Shown piece after piece: positions 1-10,632 of a stretch of 64,000 nt of DNA. The translations under genes and the position numbers were made by a program. Numbering within the stretch: position 1 is the stretch's first letter; each line of letters opens with the position of its first letter. This stretch comes from Candidatus Zixiibacteriota bacterium (lineage in GTDB: Bacteria > RBG-13-66-14 > B26-G2 > WVWN01): assembly GCA_050117845.1 (NCBI GenBank), contig JASFLY010000011.1, positions 19,351-83,350 on the forward strand, in the 5' to 3' direction. The notes below the pieces were generated by a model that worked only from the letters and a program-made list of their open reading frames with translations, was not told the DNA's origin and did not search any database.

Positions 1-423
1 CACGGCTATCCACTCCGGGTGTCGATTGGCGACGTGCCTCTCCATGGGCGGCATGGCGGGGCCGGGCCAGATGTAGTTGACGTTGAGCCAGGCGTGAACC
101 TCGAGGTCGAAGATCCGCGCGGCCTTGATAACCTCGGCCAGCGGGTCGAAGTCCTCCGGTTGTTCTTCAAGCTTGCGGCTGCGGGGTTCGGTCTCCGAGC
201 GGTAGTAGGCGTCGCCGGCCCGGCGCACCTGGACGAAGAGGGCGTTCACGTCGTAGGCGGCGGCGGTGGCGACGAGGCGTTCTATCTCCTCTTGATTATA
301 TAGGGTCTCGGTCGTGACCCACATGGCGCGGGTCCGCTCGGGGGCGGCGGGGCTTTCGCCCGGTCCTGCGGCCGGGGCGAAGGTCGGGAGGAGAACGGCG
401 GTTAATATAAGTATCGTTCGCAA
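1..423 (-). CDS. GHL10/DUF187 (YddW/DigH-like) glycoside hydrolase, N-terminal part (runs off window)
   Basis: Not in ORF track. Manual translation from TTG at 423: MRTILILTAVLL (signal-like) ... RAMWV ... NALFVQVRRAGDAYYRS ... FDPLAEVI ... LEVHAWLN ... HPEW, motifs typical of GHL10. Confidence 0.8.
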   Translation of the reverse strand, partial: MRTILILTAVLLPTFAPAAGPGESPAAPERTRAMWVTTETLYNQEEIERLVATAAAYDVNALFVQVRRAGDAYYRSETEPRSRKLEEQPEDFDPLAEVIKAARIFDLEVHAWLNVNYIWPGPAMPPMERHVANRHPEWIAV

Positions 424-497
424 GGTTTTAAATTGCCGTCGGACGGCATTAAACGTTTGCCGGGAAAACGTTGTCCTTTATTGAAGGGCCGGGCGTA

Positions 498-896
498 TCA
501 GCCCACGCCGTCGAACGCGGTCGTAAAAAAGTCGAATATATAGATAAGCGTAGCGATGAAGGCCATCGCGACCCCAACTCCTAGGTAAATAAGAAACCTT
601 ATCTTCCGCGCTCTCGTATTACGGGCGAAGGTCGCGACGTAAACCCGCGCCGCGCCGTAAAGGCCGAAGAGGCCGCCGGCCAGCACGAAGAAACTGGCGA
701 CCGTGGGCGTATTGAGATAGAAAGATACGCGGGTGTCGCGCCAGCCTTCGCCGGGTTCGATTTGGATTCGCGCATAGTGTTTGGCGTAGACGTCCGCGAA
801 GAGTTCGTACGCGCCTTCCCAAGCCATATAACCCGCGGCCACGGCTAAAACCGTGACGATTATCAATAAGTATACCTCTTTGCGTTCGAGAGTCAT
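498..896 (-). CDS. Hypothetical membrane protein (about 3 TM)
   Basis: 132 aa ORF with three hydrophobic stretches; TATAAT 9 nt upstream of the ATG. Confidence 0.6.
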   Translation of the reverse strand: MTLERKEVYLLIIVTVLAVAAGYMAWEGAYELFADVYAKHYARIQIEPGEGWRDTRVSFYLNTPTVASFFVLAGGLFGLYGAARVYVATFARNTRARKIRFLIYLGVGVAMAFIATLIYIFDFFTTAFDGVG

Positions 897-1047
897 GCCT
901 TAATAATTATAATAGAACGTCAACGGACGCAAGCTTTAAGTTCCCCGGAGGGATTAACCCTTTAATTAGTCGCCGGAATATATTAGTATTACGCCGCTTT
1001 CCGAAAACGTTTCACCTTGTTTTATCATAATCCGAAGGAGGCCAAGC

Positions 1048-1350
1048 ATGCCCGAGTTTGCCAACCCCTTTTCCGGCCTGAAAAACGACCGCAAATTGAC
1101 CGACGAGGAATTGATACGGGCTATAAGATACATGGTCGCGGCGGAGTACGAGGCGATTCAACTCTATATGTAACTCGCGGAATCGACGGATAATAAACTG
1201 GCCAAGGCCGTACTGATAGACATAGCCGACGAGGAACGGGTGCACGCCGGCGAATTCCTCCGTGTTCTAAAAGAACTCGCCCCCGACGAGTACAAATTCT
1301 ACGATGAGGGCGCCGGAGAAGTGGAGGAATTGAAGGGAGAATTGGGGTAG
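1048..1350 (+). pseudogene. Ferritin-like/rubrerythrin-family four-helix protein interrupted by an in-frame TAA (1171-1173)
   Basis: SD AAGGAGG, then MPEFANPFSG...AEYEAIQLYM*LAESTDN...DIADEERVHAGEF...ELG*. Diiron-type EYEA and EERVH motifs lie on either side of the stop in one frame. Confidence 0.8.
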
Positions 1351-1379
1351 GGGCGGCGGGACGCCCGGAGGCGGCCGCC

Positions 1380-1408
1380 TTGCGTTAGGGGGAGGAATTA
1401 GGTATAAT
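1380..1408 (+). promoter_or_regulatory. Sigma70-type promoter for the S8 protease
   Basis: TTGCGT-17 nt-TATAAT. Confidence 0.6.
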
Positions 1409-1480
1409 ATACGCGGATTCGAAGACGCGCCGCTCGGGCCGCGCGCCGATGTGTTAGTGTATACTATAAGGGGATGCAAA

Positions 1481-3523
1481 ATGAGAAGTAAAATGGTAAT
1501 TTCCGTCGCAACGGTGGCGCTGGCGGGCTTGGTCGGTACGGCCGGGGCCGCGGCGGAGATATCGCCGGCTTTAGCGGATTATTTATCCGGCGTGGCGGCC
1601 GAGGAATACGTTCCGATAACCATATCGGTCGACGGCGGCCTGGATTCCGCCGTTTACGAAAATATGACGGCGGGCCTCGCCAAGGACGCCGCCCGCGAAT
1701 TGGTGCGGACGGTCGGGAAGGACCGCGCCGCCGAAAGCCAGGCCGAAGTGTTGTCGTACCTGGGCGCCGCGGAAACGCGGGGCGAAGTTCGCGACGTGAA
1801 ATCGTTGTGGGCGGCGAACGCGGTCGCGGCGGAGGTCACGGCGGAGACGGTGGGCCGTTTGGCCGGCCTTGAAAGCGTACGCCGGATCAACCTCGACGTT
1901 CCCTATCCGGTCGCTTGTGGCCTCGCGTGGGGCGTCGCCAAGGTTGGCGCCGACCAGGTTTGGAACGGGTACGGCGTTACCGGCGAGGACGTACTAGTGG
2001 CCGTGACCGATACCGGCGTCGATTACGAGCATACCGATCTCGAGAACCGCGACTGGGTTAACGAGGGCGAGATTCCGGGGAACGGCGTAGACGACGACGA
2101 TAACGGTTACGTCGACGATTATCACGGCTGGAATACGGTGGACGATAACAACAATACCCGGGGGCCGACGGCCGGCCACGGCAGTCACTGCGCGGGGACG
2201 GTATGTGGCGACGGCACCGCCGGAACTCAGACCGGCGTGGCGCCGGGCGCTTTCGTCATGCCCGTACAGGTTCTGTCCAATTCGGGCAGCGGATCCGAGT
2301 CCACGGTATGGGAGGGAATGGAGTACGCGTTCGACAACGGCGCCGACGTAACCAGCATGTCGCTCGGGTGGTGCCAGCACTGGTACCCCGACCGGGCGAC
2401 GTGGCGCAACTTGTGCGAGACGCTCATCGCCGGCGGCATGGTTTACTCCATCGCGGCGGGGAACGAGCGGACGTACTCGAACCTCCCTCCGCCGCTCAAT
2501 ATCCGGACGCCGGGCGACGTACCGGCGGTCATTACGGTCGGCGCGACCTACCAGGACGACACGTACGTATACTTCTCCTCGTACGGACCGACGACCTGGG
2601 AAGAAGTTCCCCCGTGGAGCGATTACCCCTATCCGCCGGGCCTCACCAAGCCGGACGTGGTGGCCCCCGGTTACGAGATAATTTCGGTGTGCGGCATCTC
2701 CGGAGGCTACACCTCGAAGAACGGAACGTCGATGGCGACGCCGCACGTCGCGGGTTTCGCGGCCTTGATACTCGAGGTCGATTCCGGCCTGACCAATGCC
2801 GAAGTCCGTAAATTGATGGAAGATTACGCCCTCGACCTCGGCGACGAGGGCAAGGACAACGATTACGGCTCGGGCCGAATACAGTGCTACGATACCATTG
2901 ACGCGATGTTCGCGACGCCGATAAAACTCACGTCGTTCACGGCGCGGGCCGCCGGCGAAGACGTTCGCGTGCGGTGGGAGACCGGCGGGACTGAGGAACT
3001 CCTCGCCGGGTTCAACCTTTACCGGCGCACGGCGGCCGAGTCCGCCGGCAGTTTTAGCGTCTCGTCCGGCACAACGGAAACTTACGAGAAGCTGAACGAC
3101 AAGCTCGTTCGCGGCCACAGCCCGTACCTTTTCGCTGACGACGGCGTCGAGGCGGGGAAGCGCTACGAGTACCTGCTCGAAGTCGTCACGTTGCCGGGCC
3201 GCACGACGACCCACGGGCCGGTGTTGGTGCGGGCCGGAGGCGATGTGCGGCCGGTATCGTTCTGGCTCGCGCAAAGTGCGCCCAACCCAGCGCGGGAGCG
3301 TACGGTCATTAAGTTCGGCGTGGCCGAAGGGTACGCCGGCCGGACCGTCATCGACGTTTACGACCTTAGCGGCCGCCGCGTGGCGACGGCGTTGGACGCG
3401 GATTTGAAACCGGGTGCGTACGAAGTGGAACTCTCTACGGCCGGCCTGGCCCCCGGCGTTTACGTCTACCGTATGGCCGCCGGGCCGTTCAGCTCCGCGA
3501 AACGAATAGTGGTTGCCCAGTAG
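1481..3523 (+). CDS. Secreted subtilisin-family (S8) serine protease with T9SS-like C-terminal sorting domain
   Basis: Signal peptide; triad motifs DTG, GHGSHCAG, GTSMATPH; C-terminal APNP...VYDLSGRRV...GVYVYRM...KRIVV. Confidence 0.9.
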   Translation: MRSKMVISVATVALAGLVGTAGAAAEISPALADYLSGVAAEEYVPITISVDGGLDSAVYENMTAGLAKDAARELVRTVGKDRAAESQAEVLSYLGAAETRGEVRDVKSLWAANAVAAEVTAETVGRLAGLESVRRINLDVPYPVACGLAWGVAKVGADQVWNGYGVTGEDVLVAVTDTGVDYEHTDLENRDWVNEGEIPGNGVDDDDNGYVDDYHGWNTVDDNNNTRGPTAGHGSHCAGTVCGDGTAGTQTGVAPGAFVMPVQVLSNSGSGSESTVWEGMEYAFDNGADVTSMSLGWCQHWYPDRATWRNLCETLIAGGMVYSIAAGNERTYSNLPPPLNIRTPGDVPAVITVGATYQDDTYVYFSSYGPTTWEEVPPWSDYPYPPGLTKPDVVAPGYEIISVCGISGGYTSKNGTSMATPHVAGFAALILEVDSGLTNAEVRKLMEDYALDLGDEGKDNDYGSGRIQCYDTIDAMFATPIKLTSFTARAAGEDVRVRWETGGTEELLAGFNLYRRTAAESAGSFSVSSGTTETYEKLNDKLVRGHSPYLFADDGVEAGKRYEYLLEVVTLPGRTTTHGPVLVRAGGDVRPVSFWLAQSAPNPARERTVIKFGVAEGYAGRTVIDVYDLSGRRVATALDADLKPGAYEVELSTAGLAPGVYVYRMAAGPFSSAKRIVVAQ

Positions 3524-3654
3524 TTATCGCGCATCTTTGAGTACGGCGCGATAAAACAGAAGCATTTACCGTATCCATAAACTATACCGGCCGTTAAAGG
3601 CCGGTATGGCACATATGACCGGTAACGCCGGCCATGGCTTAACGGAGGTCGGAC

Positions 3655-5130
<1,476 letters not shown>

Positions 5131-5139
5131 TAGTAGACG

Positions 5140-6225
5140 ATGCCATCCCAGACTTCCCGGGATTACTACGAAATCCTCGGCATATCGCGCGAAGCGTCCC
5201 TCGACGAGATAAAAAGCGCGTATCGCCGCATGGCGATGAAGTATCATCCCGACCGCAACAAGGAACCCGGGGCCACGGATAAATTCAAAGAGGCGTCAGA
5301 GGCCTTCGAAGTTCTGGCCGACGCCAATAAACGGCGGATATACGACGCTTACGGCTACGAGGGCCTCCAGGGCCGCGGCTACGGCGGCATCACCAACATC
5401 GACGACGTCTTCGAGCACTTCTTCAGCGCCGGCGGCGTCTTCGGCGATCTCCTGTCCGACCTGTTCGGCGGCGGCCGGGCGACGCGAAGGCGCCGTCCTC
5501 GCCGTGGAGCGGATATCCTTACGCGAGTAATCCTCGAATTCGAGGAGGCGGCCCGGGGCGCGAAGCGCGAAGTCGAGATCGAGCGTCTGCGGACCTGCGA
5601 GGAATGTGACGGGACCGGAGGCGTCGGCGGAGCGCCGCCGGAGACGTGCCCGACCTGCCACGGGGCGGGCGAGGTAATCCAACGGCACGGTTTCTTCAGC
5701 GTCGGGACGCCCTGTCCCCGCTGCCGCGGCGAGGGCGAAGTCGTCGCCGAGCCGTGCGAGAAGTGCGGCGGCCGGGGCGTGCGGCTCGACCGGAGCACGA
5801 TCGACGTCAATATCCCCGCGGGCGTGGACACCGGTATGCGGGTCCGGCGTACGGGCGAGGGGGAGAGCGGCCGCTACGGCGGCCCCCCCGGAGACCTCTA
5901 CGTCGAAGCGCACGTGAAGCCGCACAAAGTATTCGGCCGGGACGGCAAGGACCTGACGTACGAAATGGAGATATCGCCGGCGCGGGCCACGCTCGGCGGC
6001 GAGGTCGTCGTTCCCACGCTCGACGGCGAAGATAAAGTAAAGGTGCCGTCGGGCAGCCGGGACGGCGACGTCCTGCGGGTGAAGGGCGCGGGCTTGCCGC
6101 GGCCCGGCACGAAGGTTGTGGGCGACGAACTCGTAACCCTACGCGTAGCCGTCCCGAAGAAGGTGCGGGGGCGGGTAAAAAAACTCTACCAGGAACTCCT
6201 ACAATTGGAAGGCGAGGAAAAGTGA
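5140..6225 (+). CDS. dnaJ: Chaperone DnaJ
   Basis: J domain with HPD, G/F region, four CxxCxGxG repeats. Confidence 0.95.
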   Translation: MPSQTSRDYYEILGISREASLDEIKSAYRRMAMKYHPDRNKEPGATDKFKEASEAFEVLADANKRRIYDAYGYEGLQGRGYGGITNIDDVFEHFFSAGGVFGDLLSDLFGGGRATRRRRPRRGADILTRVILEFEEAARGAKREVEIERLRTCEECDGTGGVGGAPPETCPTCHGAGEVIQRHGFFSVGTPCPRCRGEGEVVAEPCEKCGGRGVRLDRSTIDVNIPAGVDTGMRVRRTGEGESGRYGGPPGDLYVEAHVKPHKVFGRDGKDLTYEMEISPARATLGGEVVVPTLDGEDKVKVPSGSRDGDVLRVKGAGLPRPGTKVVGDELVTLRVAVPKKVRGRVKKLYQELLQLEGEEK

Positions 6226-7226
6226 GAATAGTATCTTCTTGGACCGTGACTTTAGTGGTGGCGGGGCTGGCGCTGTTCGCGGCGGCCTGCGGGCCGGAAA
6301 AGGACCCCGGCGCCGAACTCAAGGCCCGTGCCGACGAGCTCTTCGCCGCGGAGAATTACGAGGCCGCGGCGCGCCTGTATCAACGAATACTCGACGACTA
6401 TCCGGAGTGGGCGGAAGAGAACGGCGTAGCGGAGGCCCATAAAAAGGCCGAAGCGAAATCGTACTTTACCGCCGCCCGGAAGTACGCGCGCTCGGGCCGT
6501 CAGGACCTGGCCAGCGACGCGCTGGACAAGGCGTACGAACTCTTGCCGGGCGACGTCGAGGTCGTTTACGGCGTAGGTTGGGTTTACATCGAGAAGGCTT
6601 TGGAGTATCGGAACAAGGCCGCGATGACGTCCGGGGCCGGCCGGGCCGACTACGGCCTGTTGGCCGAAGCCCACGCGGAACTGGCGCGGGAGAAATTCGA
6701 GAAGTGCGTCGAGTTGGACGCGACCCACTGGGGAGGCCACCGGGGTCTGGCCGTTTATTACCTCTTCGGAGGCGAAAACGATAAAGCGCTTGAGGCGCTG
6801 GCCGAAGCGGAGAAGTGTTCGAAGAAGGATGACGACAAAATAAACGTTGCCCGGCTCCGCTTCCGGGCGTACGCTGCGAAGAACGATTTCGACGAGGGCA
6901 AGAAGGTGCTCGACGAATTGATCGAGGAATACCCGAACCGGGGCGAGGTGTATTTCGCCCTGGGCGAGTATTACCTTCTGCTCGAGAAGCCGAATATCGA
7001 GGAGGCCAAGAACGCGTTCGAAACCGGCGTTACCAAGGAGTTCGAGGATTCGGGAACCCGGAATCAAATGTATATAATGCTGTCGCGTTTGCGGATGCGA
7101 GAAGGCGATTACGAGGGGGCGGCGTCGGCCGTCAAGGCGGCGCTGGACGACGACCCGTTCAACGAAATATTCACCGACGAGTACGCGGTGGCCTGGGGAA
7201 CGAAAAAACTCGCCGAAAAGCGGTAG
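6222..7226 (+). CDS. TPR-repeat lipoprotein
   Basis: Lipobox-like FAAAC; repeated TPR-like helices (e.g. VYFALGEYY). Confidence 0.75.
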   Translation: MRIVSSWTVTLVVAGLALFAAACGPEKDPGAELKARADELFAAENYEAAARLYQRILDDYPEWAEENGVAEAHKKAEAKSYFTAARKYARSGRQDLASDALDKAYELLPGDVEVVYGVGWVYIEKALEYRNKAAMTSGAGRADYGLLAEAHAELAREKFEKCVELDATHWGGHRGLAVYYLFGGENDKALEALAEAEKCSKKDDDKINVARLRFRAYAAKNDFDEGKKVLDELIEEYPNRGEVYFALGEYYLLLEKPNIEEAKNAFETGVTKEFEDSGTRNQMYIMLSRLRMREGDYEGAASAVKAALDDDPFNEIFTDEYAVAWGTKKLAEKR

Positions 7227-7251
7227 CGGTCCCCGGCGGACAGGAGGAAGA

Positions 7252-8097
7252 ATGCGGAGCGTAGCCATATTCCTGGTTATTATCGGAATCGCAGCGGCGC
7301 CGGCGCTGGCGGCGCAGAGCGGTAAAATCGTCTTCACGTCGGACCGCGACGGAAATCAGGAAATATATATTATGAACGCCGACGGCACCGCGGTGGCCCG
7401 TTTGACCAACGACAAGGCGTACGACGACCAGCCGTTCCTCTCACCGGACGGCAAGTCGGTGGTGTTCGTGAGCAACCGCGACGGCAACAACGAGATCTAC
7501 GTCGTCGGGGCGGACGGGAAGGGCCTCAAGCGCCTGACCGATACCGATTATCCCGAAATCGACCCGGCCTACACGCCCGACGGCAAGTGGATAATTTACA
7601 CGTCCATGGCGGAGGGGGATAAGGACGTATGGCGCTTGAGCGTAGCGACGGGCGACGTCGAGGAGCTCGTGACCGGTGACGGCGACCAGTTCATGGCTCG
7701 CGCCGCGGCCGACGGGACGCTGGTATACGTCCAGAACGGCGGCGACGAAGAGGTCATGATACGGACAGGCGGCGTAACGAAGAACCTGAGTTCTTCCCCC
7801 GGCGTCGACACTATGCCTTCGTTCTCGGCCGACGGTAAGGTCGTATACTTCACGAGCAGCCGAGGGGGCGACTACGACCTGTATTGCATCAATCGGGATG
7901 GGTCCGACTTGCGTGAAATAGTAACGCTGGAGAGCCTGGAAGGCCGGGGCGCTGCCTCGCCCGCTGGCGGCACCGTGGCCCTCGCGTCGGACGGCGACGG
8001 CGATCTGGAAATCTATATTTTCACTGACGACGGCGAAATGATCCAGAAGCTAACCGACAACGAATACGACGATTACGAACCTCACTGGGGCAAGTAG
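7252..8097 (+). CDS. TolB-like (PD40 repeat) beta-propeller protein
   Basis: Signal peptide; repeats FTSDRDGNQEIY, SPDGKSVVFVSNRDGNNEIY. Confidence 0.88.
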   Translation: MRSVAIFLVIIGIAAAPALAAQSGKIVFTSDRDGNQEIYIMNADGTAVARLTNDKAYDDQPFLSPDGKSVVFVSNRDGNNEIYVVGADGKGLKRLTDTDYPEIDPAYTPDGKWIIYTSMAEGDKDVWRLSVATGDVEELVTGDGDQFMARAAADGTLVYVQNGGDEEVMIRTGGVTKNLSSSPGVDTMPSFSADGKVVYFTSSRGGDYDLYCINRDGSDLREIVTLESLEGRGAASPAGGTVALASDGDGDLEIYIFTDDGEMIQKLTDNEYDDYEPHWGK

Positions 8098-8123
8098 CGA
8101 TAGTATTCAATAGTGGAGGTAAA

Positions 8124-8315
8124 ATGAAGAGGGTAGCCGATGTATTCATCCTCCTGGGCTTTCTGGCCTGGGCCGTCGCCATAGTTACGCGTCTGGCGAG
8201 TAGAGATTTTATTTTTCCGATGCTTCAACTTCCGGCTCAAACCTATCTCGACTTCGGGTGGACGAGCTTCATAGTCGCGGCGGTACTACTTCTGCGGCAG
8301 ATAAGGGATAAGTAA
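8124..8315 (+). CDS. Small two-TM membrane protein
   Basis: GGAGG SD; 63 aa; fills the gap between neighbouring genes. Confidence 0.6.
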   Translation: MKRVADVFILLGFLAWAVAIVTRLASRDFIFPMLQLPAQTYLDFGWTSFIVAAVLLLRQIRDK

Positions 8316-8316
8316 A

Positions 8317-9249
8317 TTGAAATTACTCGTAACGGGAGGCGCCGGGTTCATCGGTTCCAGCATAGCCCGGCGGTACCTCGAAAAAGGATGGGACGTCACC
8401 GTCGTCGATAACCTCGCAAGCGGCCGGCGTGACAACGTGCCGGACGGGGCGACGTTCTACGAACTGGACATCCGCGATACGGAATTCGGGGAAATAATGG
8501 AGGCCGAGAGGCCGGACGTCGTCAGCCACCACGCGGCGCAGATGGACGTGCGGATATCGACGACGAAGCCGGCCTTCGACGCCGACGTCAATATCATCGG
8601 TTCCATCAAGACCATCGAGGCGGCGCTGGCGGCGGGAGTCCGCAAGTTCCTCTTCGCCTCGACCGGGGGCGCTATTTACGGCGAGCCCGATAGCATCCCG
8701 GTAGACGAGGATACGCCGACGAGGCCGCTTTCGCAGTACGGATGTTCCAAGCTGGCCGTGGAGCGGTATCTCTACCTCTACGGCGTGCAACGGGACCTCG
8801 ACTACGTGGCGCTGCGTTACCCGAACGTGTACGGCCCGCGGCAGGACCCGCACGGCGAGGCCGGCGTTACGGCCATCTTCACGCTCAGAATGCTCGACGG
8901 CCAGCCGTGCGTTCTCTTCGGCGACGGCACGGAATCCCGCGATTACGTATATGTAGACGACATCGTCCGGGCGCACGAACTCGCGTCCGAGAGCGAATAT
9001 CGCGGCGTCGTATGTATCGGTTCGGCCCGCGAGACGACGGTGCCCGACATCTACGAGAAACTTTCCGAATTGACGGGCAACGCCGTGGAACCCCGGCACG
9101 AACCCCTCCGGCCCGGCGAAATTCACCGCATATGCATATCCAGCGGCAAGGCAAAAGAGGTACTGGGTTGGGAACCCCAGGTCCCGTTCGAGGAGGGATT
9201 ACGCCGACTGGTAGAGTACGTGAAGGAGAACCGGGAGAGGTATAAGTAA
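8317..9249 (+). CDS. NAD-dependent epimerase/dehydratase (UDP-glucose 4-epimerase-like)
   Basis: TGGAGFIG, YGCSK (YxxxK), NVYGPRQ. Confidence 0.9.
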   Translation: MKLLVTGGAGFIGSSIARRYLEKGWDVTVVDNLASGRRDNVPDGATFYELDIRDTEFGEIMEAERPDVVSHHAAQMDVRISTTKPAFDADVNIIGSIKTIEAALAAGVRKFLFASTGGAIYGEPDSIPVDEDTPTRPLSQYGCSKLAVERYLYLYGVQRDLDYVALRYPNVYGPRQDPHGEAGVTAIFTLRMLDGQPCVLFGDGTESRDYVYVDDIVRAHELASESEYRGVVCIGSARETTVPDIYEKLSELTGNAVEPRHEPLRPGEIHRICISSGKAKEVLGWEPQVPFEEGLRRLVEYVKENRERYK

Positions 9250-9276
9250 ACCGTCCGATTAAAGATAAATAAGGAG

Positions 9277-9302
9277 CGGCGGCTTTTAGAGCCGCCGTTT
9301 TT
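9277..9302 (+). terminator. Intrinsic terminator
   Basis: CGGCGGCT-tttag-AGCCGCCG followed by T5. Confidence 0.75.
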
Positions 9303-9345
9303 CGTTAATACCCATGGGGGGGGTCCGGCGGAGGGTTTATGGATA

Positions 9346-9414
9346 GTACCGTCAGATGTTACCACCTGACGGCCGAGATTCAAAAAGGCGTCGGATGGTA
9401 ACATCCGACGCCAC
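9346..9414. repeat. Inverted pair of REP-like palindromes
   Basis: GTAC-CGTCAGATGTTACCACCTGACG on + and GTGG-CGTCGGATGTTACCATCCGACG on -, between convergent genes. Confidence 0.6.
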
Positions 9415-9438
9415 GTGTAGCCCTTTTCGTCCCGGCTG

Positions 9439-10521
9439 TTAAAACATCACCTGGAACTCGCTCGTGATACGGTCGTTGGTGATGGGGTACTCGTCCTCAA
9501 GGATACGGGTGTAATCGCTGCGGAACATGAGGTTGCGGTCCAGGAAGTGGAGGGCGAAGCCTGCGGTGTAGCGGTCCTCGGCGATATCGCCGCGTTCGAG
9601 GACGGCCGGCATCCAACGCTCGTATCGGGCGTACGGCATGAAGTCCTGGAAGTATTCCCAAGGGAGGGGGTGAGTGTAGGTCAAAGTTCCGAAGTAACCT
9701 TTATGGAAAGTATCTTTGTATCCGTAATAGGGTTCCCTCCTCGGGACGAGTTCGAACGGGTAATCATTTACGAAGCGTTGCATATATTCCGCGGCGAAAG
9801 TAACCCGCCAAGTCGAGAACGATAGATCGCCGCCGGCCCGTGGCTCCGGGGCGAAATACTCCTCGTTCACGATCGGATATTCGCCGTACCTTCTACGTTG
9901 GGTTTTGTGGTAATAGTACGAAGCGCCGAGTTCGAGTTGCCTCAAGCCAGGTACGGGGGCGCCGTATATCCGGCCGGCGCCGTCCATCAGAGGCGAAGTA
10001 CCGTCGAAAACGCCTGCCGCGGCCCCTATTTTGTAAGGCCAAGCATCCCGTTCCAGTAAGTAATCGAAACGGACGCCGTCGTTTCGACCGGGTGCGATGG
10101 TGGAGGATGAGGCGGTTATATTAGCGCAAGTACGGAAGGCTTCGTTCGTCGTAGCCTCAGCGCCAAATGGGACAAAAACCCGGCCTATTTTCACGGAGAA
10201 CCCGGCCGGTAACGCGGTGCCAATGGATACTTCGCGGACCGAGGATAATAGCTGACTGCGTACCGTTAGGTCGCACCTTAGGTCGTAATCCACCCGTTCG
10301 AATAACGTACCGTATATGCGGAACTCGGCCTCCGATATTGCGAACTCGCTGTGGTCCAAAGGCGTCGAAGAGCGGTATTCCCCCAGATAACGGTGGAAAT
10401 GACCAACCTGTAATAGCCCACCGATATTGACCGAGACGTCGTCCGTGGGGACGTTGACCTCGACGGCGAACGCGCCGGCCGCGCAAAGGGAAAGGATAAT
10501 TAGAGATAGGATGAAGCGCAC
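9439..10521 (-). CDS. Outer-membrane porin-like beta-barrel (OprO/P-like)
   Basis: GTG start after AGGAGGG; signal peptide; KIGRVFVPFG motif; C-terminal Phe (EFQVMF). Confidence 0.65.
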   Translation of the reverse strand: MRFILSLIILSLCAAGAFAVEVNVPTDDVSVNIGGLLQVGHFHRYLGEYRSSTPLDHSEFAISEAEFRIYGTLFERVDYDLRCDLTVRSQLLSSVREVSIGTALPAGFSVKIGRVFVPFGAEATTNEAFRTCANITASSSTIAPGRNDGVRFDYLLERDAWPYKIGAAAGVFDGTSPLMDGAGRIYGAPVPGLRQLELGASYYYHKTQRRRYGEYPIVNEEYFAPEPRAGGDLSFSTWRVTFAAEYMQRFVNDYPFELVPRREPYYGYKDTFHKGYFGTLTYTHPLPWEYFQDFMPYARYERWMPAVLERGDIAEDRYTAGFALHFLDRNLMFRSDYTRILEDEYPITNDRITSEFQVMF

Positions 10522-10632
10522 GCTTCCCTCCTTGGTAAATATAGTGTTATGAGCGCCATATTCCAATTAGTTGATAATACACTTTAATATCAAAACGGGG
10601 CCAAATCGCCTTATCCGCGACCCCGACTTTCC

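Noticed and set aside
19..303. 94 aa + strand ORF
   Set aside because: Antisense to the GHL10 gene, which has clear motifs.
1002..1014. cre/LacI-like site CGAAAACGTTTCA before the ferritin-like gene
   Set aside because: Short, imperfect match with no cognate regulator in the window; indistinguishable from chance.
1171..1173. TAA reassignment (alternative genetic code)
   Set aside because: TAA ends many genes at their expected C-termini (degP, leuS, lipA, ptsH).
3607..3622. Sigma54 promoter (TGGCAC) before degP
   Set aside because: No TTGC at the -12 position.
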